The notes under the pieces were generated by a model. That model searched no databases, was not told the DNA's origin, and was given only the letters and a program-made list of their open reading frames with translations. A DNA stretch of 63,383 bases. It comes from Mizuhopecten yessoensis. Its lineage: Eukaryota. The translations under genes and the position numbers were made by a program. Positions 24,344 through 39,300 of the stretch are shown one piece after another (positions within the stretch are counted from its first letter, which is position 1; each line of letters starts with the position of its first letter). Where the stretch lies: positions 785,013 to 848,395 of the forward strand of contig NW_018480063.1 in NCBI RefSeq assembly GCF_002113885.1, in the 5' to 3' direction.

Positions 24344-27300
24344 TTATGACCTTTTATGTAGGACCTCTTTCAGAGATCGACCATGGAACAGAGAAAGGTC
24401 ATTCATAGAGTCTAAATTATTAAATATATCGTTTATGTCTGAATCTGGCTTTTCATCAATACTCAATTTTTTCCTTCTCATTTCTTCGTTCAGTGGTTTT
24501 GGTTTGACCATTTCTTCTTTATCATTGGGTATATCATTATGTGTATCAACAACATCGACAACATCTCTACGATGACGCACCTCTTCTTTATGCTCCTTTC
24601 TATGTTTTTTAGAAGATTTCTTTTTCATATGTATATCACCGTCCTTCACCGAGTTCTTTTCATTTTTTGGAACATTTGAATTTTTCATATTGGCATTCTG
24701 ATCAGGTGCTTTTGCTTGTAGCATGGGTCTATTATCAATCTCTTTTAAAACATCTGCTACATGTTCCCTTGCTTGCTGTTTAATATTACCCACAACTTGA
24801 CCAGGAGCCTGTTGGAGATTACCCACAATTTGACCAGGAGCCTGTTGGAGATTACCAACAACTTGACCAGGAGCCTGTTGGAGATTACCAACAACTTGAC
24901 CAGGAGCCTGCTGTTGCATGTTTCCGAGTCTCTGGTCACCTCCTGCTTGTTGTATACCTCCCATTGGCTGGTTGACAACTTGTTGTTGTTGAACTCCTCC
25001 AATTGGCTGGCCTTGCTGTTGTTGAACTCCTCCCAATGGTTGGTTGACAACTTGCTGCTGTTGAACCCCTCCCAATGGTTGGTTGACAACTCGCTGTTGT
25101 TGAACTCCTCCCAATGGATGGTTGACAACTTGCTGCTGTTGAACGCCTCCAATTGGCTGGCCAGCGACTTGCAGCAGTTGAACACCTCCCATTGGCTGGC
25201 CAGCCGCTTTCTGCTGTTGAACACCTCCCATTGGCTGACCAGCAGCTTGCTGCTGTTGACCACCTCCCATTGGCTGGCCAGCGGCTTTCTGCTGTTGAAC
25301 ACCTCCCATTGGCTGGCCAGCGGCTTGCTGCTGTTGAACACCTCCCATTGGCTGGCCAACACCTTGTTGAATGCCTCCAAGTGGTTGACCCACACCTTGC
25401 TTTGAGTTTACCTGTTGAGCAGCTGGTGGATTTACCATTGCTGCTTCTCCAATGTTAGCCTGTTGCTTCTCAGCATCAATCTGGAATGATAATGATAAAA
25501 TAACACCGTTCAAAATGTATTGGTTCTGTTTTTCAATTTAGATTGAAATCTGATTACAAACTGAAAACAATTTGCTACTCTTTTGTACTGACTCGTCAGT
25601 TAGTAATGATTAGTGATTCAGAAAAAGAAAGTATCATCGAGTGTTGTTAAGCTTTATGGGCCTTGTAATACCTGCTTTGTAACCAACAATTAGTGTAGCC
25701 TGTGACACTATAGTTGCTGTAACAGTACATAAAACAGCTGTTACCTTGTTACGCTAAAGGTTATGACAGAAACCACTTATTGTAACCAAGTGACACTAAG
25801 TCTTAACTTTATTTCTCCTACAACACTCATGAAACAAGTTTTTCAACTTATATATAACACTCTTGTTGGCTCAGATGGAAGCACGAAGGGGTCTTAATCC
25901 TTTGACCACTGTAGACCACAATGGACTCATCCAGATGAATGAATGGTAGAGTCTATTTAAGTTACCTAGGGGTGAAAGAGTTAATGTGGGAGGAAACCAG
26001 AGCACACAAGAAAACCCATAATTGGGCAGGTGACTCACACTCACATCCACTTAGAAGCCAACCATGGCTATCATGGGGAAAGGCAATTTTGCTATCTGCT
26101 GTGCCACCTGACTTGAAGTAGTGTCACTAGCTATTGATAAATTTAAACATGATTTCAGTATATGTCACTTTTCCTTATCATGCACCTCTGAGAAGTGAGT
26201 GCAATATCAAATGGGTTTTAACTTAGTTGCAACTTCCTCTCTCTGGTTAAATACATGTAGTTGGTAAGCTCCATACAACACAAATTTTATACATAGACCG
26301 TTCACTTTGATTTTGGTATGTTGAAAGGTCACAAAAATTCTGATGTGTTCAAAGGTCACAACAGTTCTGATGTGTTCTAATGTCACAACAGTTCTGATGT
26401 GTTCAAAGGTCACAACAGTTCTGATGTGTACAAAGGTCACAACAGTTCTGATGTGTTCAAATGTCACAACAGTTCTGATGTGTACAAAGGTCACAACAGT
26501 TCTGATGTGTTTCGAAAATCACAACAGTTCTGATGTGTACAAAGGTCACAACAGTTCTGATGTGTTCAAATAAGACAATTTTAAGCCTCCTCAGGGTAGA
26601 TACTTTCTGTTACCCTCAATGCTACTCTAACGAGGAATAACCAATAAAAACAACTCAGCTCAATATAAATGTTGATTACGAAGAGACTACGAAGAGACAA
26701 CAAATATAACATAGTATGGGAATGGTCAGAAAAATAAGAAAATGTTATTGGTCCATCCATATTCTGGATCATACTAAAAGTTAAAAAAAAAAAAGAGTTC
26801 AAAATGGCTGCCATGGGGACCATACTGGATTTCAAATCAGCTCTAAAATAACTATCTTTGGACACAACCATGTACAGTGAATCACTGGCGTAGAATTTGA
26901 GTTTGAATTCAAAATAGATTTTCAAAATGGCTGCCATACAGCAATAATAGATTTTAAATTGGCGTCCAAATAGGGGCTGCGGTGGCCAAGTGGTTAAGGC
27001 GTCTGACATTCTGCTACCACTAGCCCTCTACCACTCGGTCGCGGGTTCGAGACCTACGTGGGGCAGTCACAAGGTACTGGACGTAGGTCGTTGGTTTTTC
27101 TCCGGGAACTCCGGCTTTCCTCCACCAACAAAACGTGGCACAGTCTTAAATGACCATAGCTTTTAATAGGACGTGAAACACAAACAAACCAAACCAAACC
27201 AAAGCATCCAAATAATAATTGGTCAGGACTGGGATTAATGTAGTAATGGCGATGTGCTAAGCAATACCTGTGTCAGACATATTCCATGGATTCAGAAACA

Positions 27301-30300
27301 GAATACAGACTGTGGTGAGTAACTAATATAATACTCTTACTTCACTAATTTGTATATTGAAGTGTCTCTGATCCCCGTAAATGCATTTCTTGTGTATACC
27401 TTGACGTGCGGTCCACTCATGAGTAGCGATAGGGCAGGTGTAGTACAGGTGTATATTGATTGTTTACATCATGCTTATATGTTTGTATTTCGATGTTTAT
27501 ATTGATATAGTTATATCAGAATGTAATGTATAATGCATATTGTTGATAATAGTCTGATACGATATGTACAATAAGTGTAATTGTCCATATAAATGTCATT
27601 CTGACCAGTCAGTATTGTCCATGTAAGAAAGTATGGCAGCCTTGAGTCGCCATATTTGAATTGAATATTTAATCATGGTTGATGATATAAATGGACCGAC
27701 ACGTTGTAGAACTGTTAATGTAGATGGATATTGTGTAGAATATATACATATATAATATGTGTCGGGGCTATTTATTGCATTAGGCTAATTTTCAGGTAGG
27801 ATGTTATTGTATGAACGTTGTATGAAGAGAAGGTGGGAAAATATTTTGTATTAATTTTATTTGTTAAAGCTTTTCATGACGGATTGATTAGATCAGCCAC
27901 AGGAGGGTTTTCGTGGATGGTACAGAAGGGTCATACAATCATTGTGTCGACCGACAGGAGCGACCAACTCTGAGTGGTGACTAGCGGACTAGTTAATTAA
28001 CATGTTGTGTCCTGACAACTTGGACAACGCTAGTAAAGTACAGTTACCTGCGGGTAATTTACGGAAACACTTTGTGTGTTTACCTACGTCATAGCAGACG
28101 TAGCTTCTCCGGACGTGAACTGTGCTGCGGTACAGTATTGTTGTGGGTGATCTGTGCTGCGGTACAAGTTGTTGTGGGTGATCTGTGCTGCGGTACGGTA
28201 TTGTTGTGGGTGATCTGTGCTGCAGTACAGTATTGTTGTGGGTGAACTGTGCTGCGGTACGGTACTGTTGTGGGTGCTGTGCTGAGGTACCATATTGTTG
28301 TGAGTGAACTGTGCTGGGGTACCATATTGTTGTGGGTGAACTGTGTTGCAGTATGGTATTGTTGTGGGTGATCTGTGCTGCGGTACGGTATTGTTGTGGG
28401 TGATCTGTGCTGCGGTACGGTATTGTTGTTGGTGATCTGTTCGTGTAGAACAGATGGTGTGCTGTCAACCAGACGTTGACCTATGGAACATTGTTTTTGG
28501 GGCACTTTATTTGAGCAGACTGTGGTCCTGATGAACTGTAATATTCTGATTAGAGGATGCACAGGTTGAGAGTGAGTGTGATAGTGAGTAATAGTGAATT
28601 GATATTTAATAAATTGTATATATTTTCATGATCTTACTTTGTGTTGCTCTTTATATCCAAATACTTTAAACCGACGCTTGTCCGACGTTACAAAATGTAC
28701 CACTTAGTATTATTTCACATGTGCTCATAACATAAATTATATACTGCATTTAATGACACTGTTAATAGTGTTACTTATGAGATAAGATTCTGTATAGATT
28801 AATCTTCATTCAAAAACAATTGTGCCTACATATGAAAATTGCTATCACCAACACAAAATATAAATTAACCGGTACATCTTAACATCATTAAAAATAATTT
28901 GACACATATTACAATTGGATTACGATTGCTGTCTGGGAGGGTCTGTTAAGGATTTTTGATATTTGTTAGAATTAATTAGGGATGGAAAAGCATAAAACAT
29001 GTACCCAGGGTTAGGAAAGGTCTGTATATAAAGTCAATATATACCAACACCCAAATCTCTCTCCTGTATCAAACCTCTCACTCCAATGGACTCGGCAACA
29101 AGCAGTGCATGACAAGCTGATTCTAAAGCTTACATACCGTACTAGAATCAATATTGAGAAAAAATTGAGTGAAAACAATAAGGGTACCTGTTACAGAAGC
29201 CCTCCCAACAAGAAATCAAGAAATAATTTCCATCATAGAATACATTCATCTGACACCAGCATACTTACCATATCTGATGCAAATGAAATATTCAAAATGT
29301 GATAACTTATCAAAACAGAACAGTATGGCAAGTAACAAGACAAGAGGCCCAGTGGTCTTAATAACTCACCTGGTATTTTATTTTCAATTTAAAACCTGCA
29401 AAGTACCATACAGGTTTATCAAAGGAGTACAAGAAACAAATTAAAGTTGCAAGATGAACTACATGTAAATCTGTTTTGGTGGGTAATGATTTTCCATGTT
29501 ATGACCCAATGAATAATAAATAAAACAAGAGGCCCAATGGGCCTGCATCGCTCACCTGGTATAAATCTCTCACTTGTAACCTTAAAAGTGATCTAAAATA
29601 TCAGTATTTATGATTAAAATTCATTCAAAAGGGCCTGTTATTTTTTTTTAAAACATTTCACCACTATGATAGAAAGTCGAACAAAGTCATTATGTTGAAC
29701 AAATTTTATAGCCTTTCATCTCAGGATGCAACTTGCAAAGTATCAACANGTTTAAATGGGGGGATCCTCCATTTAAATTCCCTTTGTCCATAGATGCTCT
29801 AGAACAAGTTTCGTTAAAATCCCTTTTATCGGTACAAAAGGAGAAGGATCTTTCATGTTTTCCTCTATTTCCCCTCCATTTATACAAACTTGAGGCTTCT
29901 CGGCCAGCCCCTCTGCCCCCAGGGGGACCATACCCTCCGTTTATGCCAATGATGCTCCAGACCAAATTTGGTCAAAATCCTCAGAGCCGTTAAGGACTAG
30001 TACCGTTTTAAAGGGAAAATTTCCCGAACGCTGCACCATGGCATAAGCTCACCTGGCCCAACAGGTGAGCTAAAAAACAACCTTATTCACAAGAAAATTA
30101 GTTTCTTCTCCAAGGATCAAAAAGAAAAACAAAAATTTCAATAAGCAGGAGCTCAAAGAGCTATCCCACATTGAGCTTCTAACCTTTGGGAGCTCAAAAA
30201 GCTATGCTACTACCCTACATTAAGCTTTTGACCTTTAACAGCTTAAAAAAATAATATATGGTGCTACCTCACATTGAGCTTTTGACTTTCGGGAGCTCAA

Positions 30301-33300
30301 AAAGATATACCACTTTCCCTCATTGAGCTTTTGACCTTCAGGGTAATAGGATGTATATAATATAAGTACATTGTACATCTTTATAGATATGAAGTTTCAT
30401 GTATACTTGACCTTGGACACATAGACCATTTCCACAAAAAATATTGAATGATAAAGTCCATACAAGCTTTACCATTATTTGACCTTTGAACCTTGCTGTA
30501 AGTAGTGTGCAACATACCATCTTGTTATATATATGTATCTATAAAGTTAGCAGTAAGTCAGTAAAACCATTGAAATTATTTGAAATTTGACCTCTAGCTG
30601 TGACCTTCACCTTGTATAGTTTTGAAACAAGATTCCACTGGTTGTACAATGTATATTGTTGATATGAAACCATACAAAACAAGTGTAGGGAATGTTGTAA
30701 TATAGAGGATTGATATGTACCCTGTGCTGTCCATATACATTATTGATATTGTAATTACAAACAGTGTTTTACCTGTTTGTGTTCCTGTTCATGCTCTTTG
30801 AGCTGTGCCAGGATTTCTTTTTGTTCCTCGATCAATTCTCGCTGTACCTCGCGTTGCTTCTCTAGTTCATTGATGATTTCATCCTGTTTCCTATTATTCT
30901 TTTCTGCTGCTTGCTCCTTGTCACCCCCGTCCACATTGCTCTCTTTCTTCTGTACAGGAGCCTTTATTTGCCCTGCCTCCTGTCCAGTGTCCTTACTCTG
31001 ATCCACATCTTTTCCTTGTCCTGCCTCCTCCTCCTTGTTCATGACTGGTGCCTTCTGTAGCTGGTCTTGTCCTTCCATTACCTTTTCTTGTCCAGTTTTC
31101 TTTTCGACCGGTGCATCATCAACCTTTTTGGTTTTTAGGTTAGAATCTTCTTTTGGTTTATCTAAAGTCTCTTTAACATCAGGTTTGTCTGGTGGGTTGT
31201 CATTCTGTAAAAGAAAAGATCAAAGTATGAAACAGACGAGCATTAAATAGATGAACCAATCTGGCCTGTTTTACAGCTGGGCTGTATCCCAACTCACGAA
31301 CTACAAAAGTCAAAGAAAAAACCCTACCCCCATATCTGCAAACCAATGTTTGATCTTAACAGAACCAGTCACTGTTTTGTTTAATGCATCATTTTATGTT
31401 CCTTAACATGTTAAAGCATAATTAAATATAATGCACAATGTAAATTTTATCTTAAGCTGAGGAAAGACTATATTGACTCCAAATTTTCACAGAATGTTCC
31501 AAGTATAAACAAAACCTGAGCCAAAACTACTAGTAGAAACTTTTGCCACGTTTAACAAATTTAAATTGGTTTCCTCTAAACAAGAGGCCCAGAGGGCCTG
31601 TAACGCTCACCTGAATATGTTTAAAATAATTGGTATGAAGTAAAGATATAGCACTCCATGGTAGGTGCTGTAAGTACATATGAAATTTCAGAAAGATCCA
31701 TCCAGTACTTGAGATATAGCGAGAACAAACTTCAAACAGAGCCCCACCCCTATGCCCCTAGGGGGTCATACCCACCAATTATACAATATTGAGGCCCCTT
31801 GACCCAAGGATGCTCCAGACTAAATTAAGTTAAGATCCCTTAATCCCGATGGTCAAAGAAGGATTCTAAAGGTTTTACCACTATTTCTCCTATTGGGCCC
31901 CACCCTTCTGTCCCCTGGGAGACAACACCCACTGTTTATACAAAATTAAGTCCCCTTGGCCCAAGGATGCTCCAGACTAAATTAGGAAATAATCCCTTAA
32001 TCCCTATGGTAGAAGAAGGATTTTAAAGGTTTTACCTCTATTTCCCCTATTGGGCCCCGCCTCTCTGCCTCAAGGGGGGGTCAGACACACTAGTTAAAAT
32101 AAAATTGGTTACCCTTCACCCAAGGGTGCTTCATACCAAATTTGGACAAAATCCTGTAACTCCTACAGAAGTAGAAAGATTTTGGAAGAATTTGCTATGT
32201 TTCCCCTATTGGGCCCCTCCCGGGGCCACACTCGCTGTTTATACAAAATTTAGTCCCTTTTGCCCATGGATGCTCCAGACTAAATTAGGATAATATCCCT
32301 TAATCCCTATGGTAGAAGAAGGATTATAACGTTTTTTTCTTCTATTTCCCCCATTGGGCCCACACCAAATATGGACAAAATCCTTTCATTCCTACAGAGG
32401 AAGAAGGATTTTAAAGAAGAATTTGCTATGTTTCCCCTATTGGGCCCTGCTCCTCAGGCCCCTGGGGTGCCAGACCCACGATTTAAACAAGATTGGTTCC
32501 CTTTCCCCCAAGGATGCTTCAGATCAAACATGGAACAGATCTTTTCATTCCTACAGAAAAAGAAGGATTTTAAAGAATTTGCTATATTTCCCCTATTGGG
32601 CCCAATCCCATCAACCCCCAGAGGGGCCAGATCCACTGTTTATACAAAGTTGGTTTCCCTTCACCCAAGGATGCTTCAGACCAAATATGGAACAAAACCT
32701 TTCATTCCTACATAAGAAGAAGGATTTTAAAGAATTTGCTATATTTCCCCTATTGGGTCCCGCCCCTCAGCCCCCCGATTATACAAAATTTGGTCAAGCT
32801 CTGCTCAGTCGTTCATGACTAGTAGCATTTTAAAGAAAAAGTTGATGGACGACGGACGCTGCGGTATGGTATAAGCTCACCTTGGTCCTTCGAACCAGGT
32901 GAGCTAAAAATGATGCTTATACTCTTTGTAGGTTTAGAACCAGAAATAGTAACTTACTTGTAGAAGCCGGAATTAGGAGTAATATACCAAGACATGAATG
33001 TATTTGTCAATTATGTAATGTAAGAGATATCGGAGATGAATTTCATTATATATTTGAATGTCCGGCATTAGATAATGAAAGGAAAATTATTCTATCCTCT
33101 ATGTTAATTAGACGTCATAGTGTATTATCGCTTAAGATTATAATGTCAACTAAAAGAAAAGCATTCCTAAAATATTTATGTACTTTTATCAAAAAAAAAA
33201 ATTCTGTCTGTTCCCCGTCATGAAAGTAACTGCAGTACATCTCCGTTTCTATTATACTGTATCCCTCTATATAACCATGCATGCTAATTACTGTACATGA

Positions 33301-36300
33301 AATCTGTATATCTCTGTATACCATTGTAATTCAAAGGTGTTGAGATAAATAAAAAAAGTTTGAAAGTTCTACATCACGATGCCAGTATTGTGTAACTACC
33401 TACCTCAGACGGTTCTCTAGGATTGGGGGGCTCCACACGCTTATCTTTAGCCTTTTCATCTGTACAAATCAGAAACAACAATTTCATCAACAACAGGAAT
33501 AGGAATTATATAAAGCATACAATGAAAACAAAATATAACTGCCAATCACTTCACAACTGTTTTTGAGGATTGTAATATTGATGACAATGGTAACAGCTTT
33601 ATAACCATTCTGTTTTATTATCTGTCTGAAATAAAGTTTGAGCAATATATCAATTTCAACAATTCCTGGTGAATGTTTTGGATCATTTCTTCTTAAAGAA
33701 GTCATTGAATCATCAAATATAGGTGACATTTAAGCCTTTACCTAGGAAATATCAGTACAAAGAGAATCTAAGGAACCAATGTTTTCATTTTTGACTTGTT
33801 ATATTACAACATGTTTTTTTTTTTTAAATGTTTTTTTTATACTTATCAAACTTTGACTTTTATAAATCAAAATGTCATAGATGCCTACCTTTACTCAATA
33901 GAGTATCAACTTTGTCACCTGTGGCTATTTTGTCAGGAGGTTTGTCCTTAGGAAGGTGTTTATCTTGAGTGTTAAGGACCGGAGGCTGGAGGGGCTTTTC
34001 TTTGTCATGTACCACAGGGAGGTCCTTGTTTACAATCTCATCTTTCACTACTTCAACAGCATGAACTTGTTCTTGGGCGTTCAGTGTGGTCAATGTACAC
34101 AGTACCATGATCAAACATCCTAAAATTAACACAGCCTGGAGAAGAAAAAACGCAAACAATTTTGTCAACATACACAGTAAATATGACGACTTAAGAAATA
34201 ACAAGGAAAGAGGTAAAAATATAACTTTTAGGGACAACGGTGACAATGTATATTTCTGCGTAAATGAATAACAATATGCATTTTTGGTAGATATTCACAC
34301 CTCATGTTTTGCCAGAAAAATCGCTAATTTCCAGAGCCAAGTCCCAAAGGAATCAGCTGACCTTTCATTGTTGGCACATACAGTTTTATTTGCCCAAGGA
34401 TGAATGTTGAATGTTGAATTTTTAATATGGCCTCTTCCACCTGAATAGAGGAGTTTCTGATTTCCTCACCTGTGCAATCAGCTTTCCCTCAGATGAGCCT
34501 GTCATCACCCGTAGGAAGAACACAGCAGGAAATATATAACAGATAAGGGTTCCCATGGTAGCACCATTCATGGCCAATACAAATTCCACTGTAAATAGGA
34601 ACCAAAGATAAAATATACAGCAGTCAAACAATGCCGGATAAGTTTTCACGCATATCTTATTTCAACAGACACCTGACACAATTCACTTTAGAACACAGGT
34701 AATAACAATATTTGAAATTCAAATCAATTTTGTATATAAAAAAACCCACATTAGCAGAATTATTCTCTTACAACATCTAAAAAAGATGTTCTAAGTCTGA
34801 CATGCATTGTTGCTGAACAGATTTACTAGTGATGTGTGTGATCTAAATATACAGCAGTCAAACAATGCCGGATAAGTTTTCACGCATATCTTATTTCAAC
34901 AGACACCTGACACAATTCACTTTAGAACACAGGTAATAACAATATTTGAAATTCAAATCAATTTTGTATATAAAAAAACCCACATTAGCAGAATTATTCT
35001 CTTACAACATCTAAAAAAGATGTTCTAAGTCTGACATGCATTGTTGCTGAACAGATTTACTAGTGATGTGTGTGNAACACATTAGCAGAATTATTCTCTT
35101 ACTACATCTAAAAAAGACGTTCTAAGTCTGACATGCATTGTTGCTGAACAGATTGACTAGTGATATGTGTGATCTATCACAGACTTAGATAATCCCATTC
35201 CGTGGATCCATCAACAAATTCATGCTTCAATTATTTATACATTTTTTTTAATATTAGTATTAAAAGGTATTTTTTTTAAACTACACCAAAATATCACCAT
35301 TGATCCCTTAAGATCCTTATTTGGACCAATAAGAGGACTCAAGGCACAATATTCACTGTAACTGAAATTCTTTTGTCTAACAATATCCTCAGGTCGTATT
35401 AAATTTTGGCCTTCATAACATCAAAATCTGATTTCTCCAACATCCATGAAGGTTTAGAATAAGCTGCCTTTAAAACAGGCTAATTGTTTACTATTAAAGA
35501 GAAAACTGCATGAAAATGGGGCAAACTTGAAACTCTGACATCGTCAATTCAAACTAAACAACAACCCGAACAGTGAGCGACTCCTAATTACCAAACACAA
35601 GGCTTCTTACCATTAGGGACTAGGATGCCTGTTATCATTGAGCCAAGGACAATGAAGGTGGTGAGAACTTTGAAGTGAAGTTCTGGTATAACAGGCCTCT
35701 TCTCCAAGTCATCACTATGTTTTTGTCTCTGCAAATGTCCAAATATATTTTTGTCTATTACTAAGATAACTTCAAAATTCCAGGAGTTATGCTCACTTAC
35801 GCTCTCTGCATCTCCGGAATGTGCCATAGCAAAACTGAAGGCACGCAGCTAGCTATTTGACCCTGACCTTTGATGATTATAGAGGAGCAAAATCCAACTT
35901 AGAAGTCAGTAAATTTTACCGTTCTGCAAAGGTGAGATTTTTTTATGTACATCAAGAATCAAACTAGTCTTCTTGTCTCATCCAGCAGGTGGCACACGCT
36001 GAGCCTTCCATTTTGTAATGACATTTGCCAAGGGTGAAAGAACATAAGTGAACATAACCATGGAATCATATTACTTTGAAAACAAAAATTTCCACATTTC
36101 ACATTTTCAGGTGTAATATATTTCCCTATGTCTCCTAATTTAGCAAGATGGATCAACATAATACAATAGATAGAAAATGACTTTAAAATGGAAGATAACA
36201 AGCATTCTGATGTTATCAAGTTTCATTAAAATGAGTTTAGAAGTCATAGCCCTGACAAAGATTAGGATTTGACATTGGAGCCCTTGCCCGATGCATGACC

Positions 36301-39300
36301 TTGATAGTACAGAATAGAAAAGAGGCTGGTAGGTGACACACTGTCCAATCATGATACTTCAATTTTTATGCAGTTCCTGTGTTTGCATTGATCGCTAAAA
36401 TCTTCAACTTTCCAGAATTTGTTTTTCATCAATTTCAGATTAAGTGGCCATGGCATGATGTTTTATTCATTTCATGAGTTGTATTTTTTTGTAGTTCTGT
36501 GAAAATTGCAAAACTTAGAAGTTAATGAAACCCCATAAAGATATTCAGCCATTCTGAAGTAGTTACGGACAAGCACTGCAAATATCTAACTATGAACAGG
36601 TCAGCTAAAAGTTAAGAAACAAAAACGTGAGACAGACTTATAGGAGTGCTACATACTTGAGGAAACAGTAGGGTGTAGAGACTCCCTCTGCACGGGTAGA
36701 TGATAAGAGGGAATGTGACAGCAATGGAGATGACAAAACCAAGTTTGAGAACATCGGATGCCAAACTGACTTCAAAATCTTTCACAATGTCTCCTCCTAT
36801 ATCTTTATTGTGGAATGCGATGTAGCCAAAAAATCCAGTCTGAAAGGGAAATGTTTGGTAGTTAAAAGCATTATAACAGCATCTTATATTGATTACTAAA
36901 TGAGACACAAGGTTCTTTGACCAAGGAATACCGTATTGAGCTTAAAACTTGTCTCTAAAGCAACCACATTTATACTTCAAAGAAAATTTAAGACTTTTTT
37001 TTTCTAAATTATCTATAAACATTTTTTCCCCCCATTTCAATAAGTAAGGTTATATAAAGAGGTAAATCATAAAGTATGTGTAATAGGAAATCATTTTTTT
37101 TCTTTCTTTTCCCTAAAATATTAACAACAATTTGAGCCTACCAGGAGATAGGAGACGGTACACATGTTAACAGCACTGTGTACAATGTTGTTGACACTCT
37201 TCAGGGACGGCTCAGGCAGGTTATCAAACATAATGAACAGCTGCCTAGCAGGTCAAAGAAAAAATAAAAATACATTTTCTTTCGGATATCATAAAGGAAT
37301 AGAGTTGACCCTTATTCACCTAGCAACCACTGATCTTGCTCTTTTTTTCTGACCGTTTCAAAGGACAGCTATATTTTTCTAGTTAAAAGAGTCCCAAATA
37401 TTTCATACTCCAAACCATCTGGGAACAAATGAGCTAAATCATTGAGGTTCAGCGGTTCTCAAACCAAGTTTTGGTTAAAGTCCAAAATTCCTTTTGAATG
37501 TCAAATGAAATGTGTATTTGTTTATCATGAGGAAATCATCAATTGACTTGAAACATGAATGAAAATACTTTGCTAAAAAAGATGAAAACTAAATATTAAT
37601 TAAACATTTTACAGAGCTACGATTAAGTTCAGAATTTTTGAAACCTGGTGTGCAAAGACCTAAGGAGAATATTTTCCTTTCTTACAAGTACTATTTATAA
37701 GTGTAATTCAGGGTTATTCATTAAGTATCTAGCTTAAAAGTTGAATGTTCATATTGCAGAATATTTTTTGTAATCATTTTTTTTTATAAAGTTTGCAACT
37801 GTCATTTTATTGGATGAGTACACCACTCCCTAGTAACTTACGTTTGACAACCAAAAGCAAATGAGAAGATGGGCAGACATTTGAATAGTCCATCAGTCCT
37901 CCAGAGGTTCACTTTGTTAATCCAGTCACCAGACACTAGATTTGGAATGGACAGTGAGAACACCTACAAGAAAGGAACGTTTACACAGGTAAATAATTAT
38001 TAATGGACAATTTTATAAAGGCATTATTTGATCACAGGATTTCAATTTTGTTGTGATTAGATACACTCGCACACAGCCAAATGACATCTTAGTATCTTAC
38101 ACTTTCAATATTCAAACCAGTCACATATTTGAAAAAGAATATACGGTAACAAATAACAGATTAGATATCAGTGAGTCGTAAATCTAACTCAACTGACATT
38201 AAAAAGGATTGTATCATTTGGTCCAATATCATCGTGTCAGTATATCGTTCCTTTTTACTGTATTTTTTTTTTTTAAATTTAACACCTGTGTAACCACTAC
38301 TTACATAAACAGTGAATAATCCATAAAAAAGAATACACAAGGTGCTGGCTCTGCTGACAGTATTGAGGTTCTTCAGCAGGCCAAGAGGTAGTCCAACACA
38401 CAGACACAGGAAACAGATCAGACCCATCCGCAGGTTACCATTGTTCTACAAAACCAATAGCTCTACAGGTTACTGCAAATCAAGGCCAAACATCAGGTTT
38501 AATTCAAAATCTTTCTTTAATTAACGGTATAACAGAAAGCAGGATAATTTTAGTATGATAAAAAAATCAGAACCCAAGCTCTGCAAAATAAATTTCCTTA
38601 ATCGTATAAAAATGTATGATACCTCCAACAAGACAGAACAAAGATTAGATCCAATAGGTAACCATAGTCTAGAAAATTAAATAATAATTATTGATCTAAT
38701 GATATCATATGAGGCAGAAGTTTAACAATTCCCCACTGACTAAATTTTAATTCCTAGTCTAGAAGGAGATTGTGACTTTCATCTTTTGTCATTTGAAATC
38801 AGCAAAAACCTCTACACCTTATCTTAAGCTCAAATTAAATTAATTCATTGCACAGAACAGCATAAGACTCTTGGACATTACGCTTTGATATTTTAATATT
38901 ATATAAACTAATATTTTGTAAATTGAGTAAATGTAAGAGTTTGCTTTGGATATTTTATTTTTAATTTTTAATGATAGTTCTCCCTCATGATTTCAACGGT
39001 AATCATCAAGTGCTGTGTCACCTGACTTGCAGACACACTTATATCCAGTTAAATAATAAGAGGCAATACTAACATCAATTCATGTTACATTGTTGCATTG
39101 TTATTCTCGAATTCATATGTGTATATGGCAAGACTGTCAAGGGTAAGAAATGGGTACAAGAAATTTCTTTCTTACACTCCATTTCATGTGTGTGACTTCA
39201 CAATACAACAACAATGACATGGCGTCTCCAACATTCTGATTCCACGATACGATGCAGAAACAGCATTGCCTTTTTGTGGTTTCTGAGCTATTCTGGTGAT

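Noticed and set aside
24757-25458. Overlapping alternative-frame and antisense ORFs in the SLC38A10 last exon
   Set aside because: Shadows of the coding Q/G repeat; only the 24344 frame is phase-compatible with the upstream exon.
27989-28562. ORFs of ~158 aa with HRSPTTIPYRSTDHPQQ repeats
   Set aside because: Translations of the 32-bp minisatellite with no domain signal.
32105-32818. ORFs within the HINE array
   Set aside because: Arise from non-coding ~155-bp tandem monomers; no Rep/helicase motifs.
34611-35175. Biologically meaningful tandem duplication
   Set aside because: Copies are essentially identical and end at an N, typical of a contig-join or haplotype overlap artefact.
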